DNA of 64,000 bases from the NCBI GenBank assembly GCA_963662435.1, contig OY759598.1:3879923-3943922 (forward strand). The letters are read 5' to 3'. A program made the position numbers and the translations under genes. Position 1 is the first letter of the stretch; the number at the start of each line of letters is the position of its first letter. Shown one piece after another: positions 9,497-16,773 of the stretch. The notes under the pieces were generated by a model that searched no databases, was not told the DNA's origin, and saw nothing but the letters and a program-made list of their open reading frames with translations. This stretch comes from Dehalococcoidia bacterium (GTDB lineage: Bacteria; Chloroflexota; Dehalococcoidia; Lucifugimonadales; VXLM01).

Positions 9497-10191
9497 AGTT
9501 GACGGGCGATAGCCGGGAGGATGCCTTGCACAGCCATCGCCAGGGCGCGTGACGCCCTGCGCGATTTCAATGCAAGGGGCAGAAAGCTCCGGACCGCAGA
9601 AGGATGTGATATCGCCCGGAAAGCATGTGCCCACTCGCGCCGGCCTCCATCCGCGATGATGGCTGCAATGAACAAAGGGAGGGGGAAATGAGCTTCGTCC
9701 AGCACCGCGCGGATCCCTATGAGTGGGATGTCTCTCGATGCTGCCGCATTCGCTATCCAGCGCCCTTCCATGTCAACAACTATAGCGCCGGTGCCATTGT
9801 GCGCGCGTTGCTTGGCCCGTGGGGTTAGGAGCGGTTCATCCACGGTGAGAATCGCTCCCTCCAGCACCGAGAGGCCCGACTGACGGAGCAGCATTGCCGC
9901 GCGTGTCGTATGAGGAGTGCCGGGGATCGCCGCGCTGGCGCCGTGAAGATAGGAGTTTCCCACTACGAGTTGACCGGGATGAAGATGAGGCACGAGCGCC
10001 CCGGCGTATCCCAAGGAGACGAGCAGCCTGCACGGCGCGGCATCGAGAAGGTCTACGACCTGTTCACCCGCGTTGCGTCCTATGCCGACAACGCTCGCGC
10101 GAGTACGTTCGTTGCCGTAGTTCAGTCCTCCCAGTTCACGCTGCGTCGGGGCGACTGTCAGGAGAGGGGCAGCGATGGTGTCAGTACCCAT
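9493..10191 (-). CDS. hpnG: hopanoid-associated phosphorylase/nucleosidase (HpnG-like, PNP/UDP family)
   Basis: VVGIGRNAG..., LVSLGYAGAL, AIVVDMEG blocks. The likely start is ATG 10191 (MGTDTIAAPLL), 1 nt after the upstream stop. Confidence 0.75.
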   Translation of the reverse strand: MGTDTIAAPLLTVAPTQRELGGLNYGNERTRASVVGIGRNAGEQVVDLLDAAPCRLLVSLGYAGALVPHLHPGQLVVGNSYLHGASAAIPGTPHTTRAAMLLRQSGLSVLEGAILTVDEPLLTPRAKQRAHNGTGAIVVDMEGRWIANAAASRDIPLIGIRAVLDEAHFPLPLFIAAIIADGGRREWAHAFRAISHPSAVRSFLPLALKSRRASRALAMAVQGILPAIARQL

Positions 10192-10192
10192 G

Positions 10193-10549
10193 TCAGTCCG
10201 TCCGCTTGCGATGTGCCCGCGAGCCGGTCTGTGACGGCCCATCTTGCCGGTCTTGGAAAGCTTCGAAATGCTTGACCGATGCCGCAGCGACATCCCGACC
10301 GGTGAACAGCACTTGGGTGATATCTCGGTAAGGGATCGAAACCTCGCGTCCGGTCTCGGTCTCGAACAACTGGGCAAACGGTTCGCTCGCACGGGCGTCC
10401 CGGTTGAAGAGGTAGCCGGTCAGGGACCCGTCGTCAATCGTCCTGATAGTAACGTCGCCGCGGTAGTGGAAGGCCCGTTCGACGAGGCCCTCGACGTGCT
10501 GCCCAGCCCCTTGGCTTTCAGCATGGAGTGGCGGCCGAGGATCGTTCAT
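10193..10549 (-). CDS. hypothetical 118-aa protein embedded in the hopanoid operon
   Basis: The ORF fills the hpnH-hpnG gap exactly: 3 nt after the hpnH stop and 1 nt before the hpnG start. No recognisable motif. Confidence 0.55.
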   Translation of the reverse strand: MNDPRPPLHAESQGAGQHVEGLVERAFHYRGDVTIRTIDDGSLTGYLFNRDARASEPFAQLFETETGREVSIPYRDITQVLFTGRDVAAASVKHFEAFQDRQDGPSQTGSRAHRKRTD

Positions 10550-10552
10550 TGT

Positions 10553-11575
10553 TCACAGCCTGCCAGTAAGCGTAGCAACCGTGGAGTCCCGCAGACCGCG
10601 CCAAGTCGTGAAAGTCGCGTTGATGGCGGAGGGCTCGTAGCCGCAGTGGACCATGCAGTCTTGGCAATTATGATTCCCACTCGCGCGGCCATACTCCTCC
10701 CAGGATGTTTCCTCCATCAATTCCCGGAAGGTAGCAACATAGCCGTCCTGCAGGAGGTAACACGGGCGCTGCCACCCGAATATCGTATACAGTGGGTTGC
10801 CCCACGGCGTACATTCGAAGTCTCGTTTACCCATGAGGAACTGGAGAAACAGTGGCGACTGGTTTAAACGCCAGCCCTTCTTCTTGTCGGCAAGCACCTG
10901 GGAGAAGAGCTCCCGTGTACGCTCCCGCTCAAGGAAGGAGTCCTGATCCGGGGCTTTCTCATAGTTGAACCCAGGGGACACCATCATGCCCTCCATGTCC
11001 AGGTCCATCATCGCATCGAAGAAGTCGCGAACGCGCATTGGCTCCGCCGTGTTGAACAGCGTGGTATTGGTGGTGACGCGAAAGCCACGCCGAACCGCCT
11101 CCCGAATCGCCGCGACAGCGATGTCGTAAACGCCGTTCCGGCATACCGAAGCGTCATGCTCCTTCCGCAGACCATCCATGTGGACGCTGAAATTAAGGCG
11201 CTTGGAGGGGGTGAAGACATTCTCCTCCAGCTTCTGCTTGAGCAGCAAAGCGTTGGTGCAGAGGTAGACGTACTTCTTACGCCGAGTGAGTTCTTCCACC
11301 AACTCGCCGATGTGTGGATAAAGCAGCGGTTCTCCACCGGGGATGCTAACGATGGGCGCTCCGCACTCCTCCACCGCGGCGATGCACTGGTCAACCGTGA
11401 GCGCGCGCTTGAGCACGTGAGGCGGATACTGGATCTTTCCACAGCCCGCACAGGCAAGATTGCAACGCAGCAGGGGCTCCAACATTAGCACAAGGGGGTA
11501 GCGCTCGCGTCGCGCCAATCGCTGCTTTGCCACATGCAAAGCTACTGTACACGCTTGTGAAAGAGGCACTCCCAA
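10553..11575 (-). CDS. hpnH: adenosyl-hopene transferase (radical SAM) HpnH
   Basis: RYPLVLMLEPLLRCNLACAGCGKIQYP with the CxxxCxxC radical-SAM cluster. TTG/GTG start region. Confidence 0.88.
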   Translation of the reverse strand: MGVPLSQACTVALHVAKQRLARRERYPLVLMLEPLLRCNLACAGCGKIQYPPHVLKRALTVDQCIAAVEECGAPIVSIPGGEPLLYPHIGELVEELTRRKKYVYLCTNALLLKQKLEENVFTPSKRLNFSVHMDGLRKEHDASVCRNGVYDIAVAAIREAVRRGFRVTTNTTLFNTAEPMRVRDFFDAMMDLDMEGMMVSPGFNYEKAPDQDSFLERERTRELFSQVLADKKKGWRLNQSPLFLQFLMGKRDFECTPWGNPLYTIFGWQRPCYLLQDGYVATFRELMEETSWEEYGRASGNHNCQDCMVHCGYEPSAINATFTTWRGLRDSTVATLTGRL

Positions 11576-11800
11576 GATGTTGTACCCTCACTGTGAGCTG
11601 ACTTCGGGGTAGTGTACCAGAATTCTATAGAGTAAGAGGGTACACACCTTGGGCGCCGCGACGCCGCATACCTGTCGCGGCAGCGATCTCGAGAGTAGAG
11701 ATTTCATTCGGTCTGTTTCGGGGGCAAGGTGGAGGCACTTTGCGATGTATCAAAGGCTCTCTCATACCGGCTGCCGCCGACACCACGAAACATGAAAATA

Positions 11801-13268
11801 TAGGGGCGATTCGCGAACATCTGCTCCAACTAATTCACTTTCGGGGTATTTGCGGGACGTTTGAAGCACTTGCGGTTAGCGTATCTAGGGGTGCGGGTGA
11901 GCACCAGTTCAGGTGGTGCAGGCAGTATTGTCTCGTCGGGTATGTTTGGGGTGTGAATGCGGGTTCTGCGGGAAGGTCGAATGAAGCCTAGATCACGCCC
12001 TCGCTCCACGAATATCTTCACGGGATCCCTGCCTTCATAGGCATACTGTGGCGCATACTCAACCAACAGGCTGATGGACACCTCGAACGGGTCCACCCCG
12101 GCTCTGTGAGCTATCTCAAGCCTCAGCGACTGCAGGACTTGCGAGATAATCAACGTCGCCCATATCTGCTGGTAAATCACCACATGCTTGGAAGACCACA
12201 GAAGGCGCAGCTTCAGATGTTGCTTGATCAGCTTGAACGCCATCTCGATGTCCCACCTGCGAGCGTAGACCTCGGCCATCGATGAGATCGGGAACGTATG
12301 TGGCTCAAGAACGTTGGTGATGTAGCGTCGCATGGTACTGCCCTGTCTGAAGGTCACCAGCCGAACGGCGTATTTGGCCCGATCAGCGCGGTAGGCTCCC
12401 AGCCACACGATGCCGTCAAACACCTCGCCCCTCTGATAGAAGGTGTGTACGACCTTGTAGCTGGTCTTTGCTCTCAATCTGCTCAGCCAATAGACATCCC
12501 TTTCTGTGAGCCAGTCAAACCAGGCGAAGCCGAAGTAACCAAGGTCTGCCAACACCAGTGTTCCGGCTGGCAGGTCTTGTGCCAACTCCCGCGCCGACAC
12601 CTTCTCGTTCTGTTGGGGATTCGGATGAAGCTTGACGGTCCGCCACTGCTGTCGTCTCACGTCGAACACGCCTGCCAGCTTGCCAGGCAGCAGACGAGTG
12701 TCGCCTTTGGGGATTCTTCTCAGAGGAGGAAGCCTTCTCGACATGGCGTCCAGGGTACTTTCGTCTATGGAGACCACCTGCTTGGCGAACGGCGCCAGTT
12801 GCTCAGATGCCAAACCCTGTAATCGCTCTGTCAATACGCTGCTGATGTGCTTGAAGAGTCTCTCGAACGGCTCAGGTCCCGCGTCGTGGAGCCGTTTGTA
12901 GACCGCTTGGTCGGTAACGGGAAATCGGGGGAAGAACCACAGTCCGTGCTCGGAGATAAGACGCCATACGGCCAGTTGGCTTTCAAAGCCTCTCAAGACA
13001 CAGACCAGTAGTCCCGCCCACAGAGCCATTGCGGGTAACACCCGTGGTCTGCCAGGGCCCTTGAGACTGTGATCTGGCTCCATGTCCTCCAAACACTGCT
13101 GGAGAAACTCCTCTATATTCCCGACCGTGTCTGGGTCGTCGTCGGTCTTGGTCGACATTACGAAGCTCCTCCTGACGAGTAGTCATATCCTTTTACTACT
13201 CAGAGGAGTACTATCCAAAGGCAAAAACGGTAATTAGTTGGAGCAATTGGATTCGCGAATCGCCCCTA
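11801..13268 (-). mobile_element. intact IS4-family insertion sequence (1468 bp)
   Basis: Perfect 17-bp terminal inverted repeats: TAGGGGCGATTCGCGAA at 11801-11817 and its reverse complement at 13252-13268. A second matching block, GCTCCAACTAATT, lies at 11823-11835 / 13232-13244. One full transposase ORF sits inside. No clear target-site duplication seen. Confidence 0.85.
11830..13158 (-). CDS. IS4-family DDE transposase
   Basis: 442-aa ORF with VVSIDESTLD, LVLADLGYFGF and YARRWDIEMAFKLIKQHL (the YREK-region signature of IS4-type transposases). Confidence 0.85.
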   Translation of the reverse strand: MSTKTDDDPDTVGNIEEFLQQCLEDMEPDHSLKGPGRPRVLPAMALWAGLLVCVLRGFESQLAVWRLISEHGLWFFPRFPVTDQAVYKRLHDAGPEPFERLFKHISSVLTERLQGLASEQLAPFAKQVVSIDESTLDAMSRRLPPLRRIPKGDTRLLPGKLAGVFDVRRQQWRTVKLHPNPQQNEKVSARELAQDLPAGTLVLADLGYFGFAWFDWLTERDVYWLSRLRAKTSYKVVHTFYQRGEVFDGIVWLGAYRADRAKYAVRLVTFRQGSTMRRYITNVLEPHTFPISSMAEVYARRWDIEMAFKLIKQHLKLRLLWSSKHVVIYQQIWATLIISQVLQSLRLEIAHRAGVDPFEVSISLLVEYAPQYAYEGRDPVKIFVERGRDLGFIRPSRRTRIHTPNIPDETILPAPPELVLTRTPRYANRKCFKRPANTPKVN

Positions 13269-13859
13269 CGGGAGGTTATTTTCAAGGAGTGCTCACGCTA
13301 ATGAGGTTGCCGGACTTTGAGAACTTGTTAGACAAGGGCAGGGACAACGTCTAGGAGGTGACGGTGGTGGCGTGTGACGACGATTTCGACTCCTGCACGC
13401 CCAAGATCACGATTATGGTTATCAACCTCTCCGAACAGCCTGGAATGACTAACCTGCTTCCTGCACACGGCATCCGCGGGTGCGGAGTTCGAGTCCTCTA
13501 TGGGTTGATACAAATGAGTGGGCTTGACTGGACGAAATGAGGGTTGAAGCTCGAATCCGGGCTTTTCAGCCGTTCAGTCTTCGTCCTCGGCCTGTACGGG
13601 CGGCCCGGGCGCAGGTAGGGACTGGGACGCCTGACGCCGAAGGTGGGCACGGGTGATCATCCGGGCGAAGATGCGCAGCCCGCGCCGCACCGTCTCCCTG
13701 CCACTCGGCGGAGTGCACCGTAGCCTGGCAGTCAGTCGATTGATTTCTCTCGTCGGCGCTTCGCATCCCGCTCATCCCGTCCCGACGTTGCATGAGTCTG
13801 GAATCTGCCGTCCAGTTTGATCGGTCGAGACGCCGGCCGTAACTACCTGTGAGGGCGCT

Positions 13860-14200
13860 CACATGAGCGCCCCTATAGGGCATCGGGTCGGCAAGCTCTT
13901 TCGCGATGCCGTTGGGGTGTACAGAGAAATGGCGTTGGTTGGAAAATCCAAATCGGGTCATTTCGTAGCTAATGCAGGGGTAAATCGTCTTCTACAGGCC
14001 GTGAACGGTGAACACTTCGACTTGCGGGTACGTTTCGGTTTGGACTTGGATGATCCGTAGCTGAGAGTTGCGTTTTTCAAGTGGCCGTCCTCGGAGCGGA
14101 GTTGGAAAGGCCCTAGCTGAAAGTTGGACTCTTACAGGGTGATAGGAAAGCCGCCGCCGGGATGGATGAGCAGGCGAAAAAGCTGCGGTGGGCATCATCA
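13860..14200 (-). repeat. non-coding dispersed repeat, copy C
   Basis: Shares GTGTACAG(13917), 39 nt, CGTAGCT.ATGCAGGGGTAAATCG, then GAACACTT... blocks with the copies at 14228-14600 and 37130-37440. Confidence 0.55.
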
Positions 14201-14227
14201 CGGGCGAGAGCCTGACTGTTTGGCGCT

Positions 14228-14600
14228 TCAGCCCAATACACCTGCGAGGGAGGGGAGCGTAGGGGAGCCCCTTTCAGGTTCTCGGAAAATGGATGGCGTC
14301 CATGCAGTGCGGGGGGTGTACAGGAGATCGAGTTTTGTCAGTGATGCTTCAATCGGGTCGTGGGCAAGCTGAATCAGGGGTAAATTAGGGGAATTATATA
14401 CAATCAGTGAACACTTTGTTGAAAGGGTGCGTTCCGGACGGCGATGACATCGCCAAACGTGGGAAATGAAATCGTCGTCCCCGTCCAGGTGGCTCCCCGA
14501 TGACAAAAAGACCTTCAAATCGCCCTCGAGGTGGGGGTGCATGACGTGGGGTTTTGCGGCGGGCGGAAGGCGCTTCGGGACCCTGAACGACCTTGATACA
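14228..14600 (-). repeat. non-coding dispersed repeat, copy A (tandem with copy C)
   Basis: Aligns by eye over about 330 bp with the reverse complement of 37130-37440. Example: CGTTTGGCGATGTCATCGCCGTCCGGAACGCACCCTTTCAACAAAGTGTT versus CGTTTGGCGATGTCATTGCGGTCCGGAACGCCATGTTTCAACAAAGTGTT. Confidence 0.7.
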
Positions 14601-14772
14601 CAGCTCACCGAAGTCGCGGAGCTAGTGACACGTCACCCCATCGAGAGCGTCGAAGAGATCGAGAAGAGGGTGGTCGGCGAGGTCTCCGAGCGGCTACGCG
14701 ATCCCGCCGGTTCTACAACGAGTTGTACTTTTGGGAGCTGTAGGGGGCTGACACGGTGAGTGAGAGGAATGC

Positions 14773-14800
14773 CCTGTTGTCCCCTACCTGTTGTCCCCTA
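14773..14800 (+). repeat. perfect 14-bp tandem direct repeat, CCTGTTGTCCCCTA x2
   Basis: Read directly: 14773-14786 and 14787-14800 are identical. Confidence 0.9.
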
Positions 14801-15758
14801 TAGGAAACCCTGAGAATGGCTCTGGCGACAAGTTTGCGCGGCATGGTGCAAGGGATTCAGCGTCCGTTTGCCGGATTCCGTGGCAGGACGGCTTTAGCTA
14901 GGAACCTTAGCCGGCATGTCATGGGGACGGGCGGCGTATGCTGGGTCAACGGTGAAGCCTGATGTGTCAGTTCTGCAACGAATTGTACTCGGGAGGTCGT
15001 AAGGGGCGATCAGGGCTGCAAGTTGCTACAAAGTTGTCCCAGCAGCCCGTGCTGAGACAACTTCTACTGGAAGTGTCCGGGGCGGAGGGAGTAGCCATGC
15101 TGCAAGCTGATACGTCAGGGAGAACGGGCGTCTGCCGAGGGAATGGAGTGGCGGAAGTATTCATGCGTCGCCTAGCACTCCTTGTTCGACAATGGTCTGG
15201 ACGTAGGTGACGCTGAGGAGGACGACGTTTACCGCTGTGTTGGCGCGAAGATAGGCACCCACGTTGCCGGGGACTCATAGACGGGCGGCGACTGAGGACG
15301 AAAAGGTGTTCCAATCAGATGGTCAACCGCCAACTTCTCTATCCGACAACAGCTACGGCGGGAGGGACGGGAATGCAATGTGGGCAGAGTGAGCGGGGAA
15401 GATCTGGGTTGTCCGGTCTACACCACGCTGTCGTATTTGGCGGGGTCCTAATATGAATTTGTCCAGAGGTGCCGTGCATGGAGAGTCAGGTTTGTGCATG
15501 CAGGTCCGGGGTCTTCCGCAACCGGCGCAGGGTTTGAGGCCAGTGTTGCCATGGCTGCCACAACCGCGACGACCGTCAAATATCTGCGAAAGCTGGAGCA
15601 TGTGACCTACTGCGTTACTGGTGGGGACCCACAGAGAGACGACAGTGGCAATTCAGTCATAGGACCGCCGGTAAGCACCGGCAAAGACCAAGTTGTCGAC
15701 AACGCCATCCCTCATATCTGAGTGAGCCTGTGCCCGTAGTCGGGGTTCATCAGGGTAC

Positions 15759-16082
15759 CTACCGATGGAACTCTACGACACCCTCCCAGCAGTTGCCGTT
15801 GGGATCGTCGGCATCGCACGGAACTGAGGTATTCCGTAGGTTGTTGATTCGTTCGCAGTCAGCACGGTGAACGCCAAAGGCGTGCCTGAACGAGTCGGTG
15901 TCCGGCGGGAAGTGCTGCTGAGTCTGAGTGTATAGGTTCACGCCCTCCACGACCGCGCTGTCCCGCGTGTGGAAACCAAGCGGGTAATATTTGATGATGT
16001 CAGTCGTGTAGACGTACTCTGCGGCTGATCTGGGCAACAGCCGAACCGCCGTTTCTCGTAGTGCTCCCAACATAGTGCTCAC
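15759..16082 (-). CDS. hypothetical 107-aa protein
   Basis: The ORF is preceded by a strong SD (GGAGGTGA) 5 nt before the ATG. No recognisable family. Confidence 0.45.
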   Translation of the reverse strand: MSTMLGALRETAVRLLPRSAAEYVYTTDIIKYYPLGFHTRDSAVVEGVNLYTQTQQHFPPDTDSFRHAFGVHRADCERINNLRNTSVPCDADDPNGNCWEGVVEFHR

Positions 16083-16225
16083 CTCCTACCGGTCACTCAA
16101 CCGGTTCCCTCAGCGCTTCTGCCCGGCCGTGCTTGTCAATGCTGTCCGGGGCAAGGAGGACAGGAGAAATTGGCCGGCGAGTGCGCTGCCATACAACGTA
16201 CTCGCCGGCCGCACCCTCAAGACCC

Positions 16226-16336
16226 TCATGCCTGGTGTTGCCGCCACCGCCTGCTGACCTTGATCATCTGCGGCGTAAGCGCCAGCACTCCCAAGGTTGC
16301 CACCGCGATGCCGATAGTCAGATTCCTCTTACTCAT
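16226..16336 (-). CDS. candidate 36-aa single-TM peptide
   Basis: Below the ORF-track cutoff. AAGGAG lies 8 nt before the ATG at 16336. Translation: MSKRNLTIGIAVATLGVLALTPQMIKVSRRWRQHQA. Confidence 0.3.
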   Translation of the reverse strand: MSKRNLTIGIAVATLGVLALTPQMIKVSRRWRQHQA

Positions 16337-16580
16337 TGCTTTATCTCCTTAAGGATTCTCCCGGTCGTTTACGTTGAAGACGCGCATTGGACTGGTCATG
16401 CGGGTTCTTGCTTGCCCCTGCGCAGCCGGATGAAGAGTTGTTCGAGCAACCTACTTCGTCCTCTACCGGCAGGGGCCTCAATGGATGCACCGGCTTAACC
16501 AGTGCCCCCTGATATGGATCAGATGTCCAGCCATTTGGCGTCTCCTCAGCGATTGATGCTGCCTACGATAAGGGAGGAAT

Positions 16581-16672
16581 ATGAAACGGCCATGAAAAAA
16601 AGCCCCACTTCCATGAAAGAACCCATGAAGGTTTGCCCTGTTTCCATGAAAACTCTCTCCTTTTCCATGAAA
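16581..16672 (+). promoter_or_regulatory. array of six phased CATGAA(A/G) direct repeats (three are perfect TTCCATGAAA), a candidate response-regulator operator
   Basis: The ATG cores lie at 16581, 16592, 16613, 16625, 16646 and 16667. Spacings are 11, 21, 12, 21 and 21 bp. The array ends about 100 bp upstream of the fused kinase/regulator start. Confidence 0.5.
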
Positions 16673-16773
16673 GCCCTATTGGAGACCGTGATACAATCCC
16701 CGAGAAGCAACAGTATGGACAGCGGGACTGCGTAGTCTCCAGAGGGCGTTCGTTGAAGAACAACGATTCGGAG

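Noticed and set aside
11740-11991. 83-aa plus-strand ORF crossing the IS4 left end.
   Set aside because: It spans the inverted repeat and runs antisense to the transposase 3' end, with no coding features.
13465-13505. tRNA-like T-arm sequence GCGGAGTTCGAGTCCTC, a possible tRNA gene or att site.
   Set aside because: The T-stem does not pair (CGGAG versus CCTCT), and no acceptor, D or anticodon arms can be drawn around it. At most it is a degraded tRNA 3' relic.
14466-14759. 97-aa plus-strand ORF with a protein-like stretch (..LTEVAELVTRHPIESVEEIEKRVVGEVSERL..).
   Set aside because: Its first half lies inside repeat copy A, and no start context or family match is evident. It may be a relic of an unknown gene but cannot be supported as a CDS.
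16502-16735. 77-aa ORF with a repeated SMK motif.
   Set aside because: The peptide repeat is a by-product of the TTCCATGAAA DNA repeats. The ORF has a GTG start, no SD, and overlaps the likely promoter of the kinase/regulator gene.
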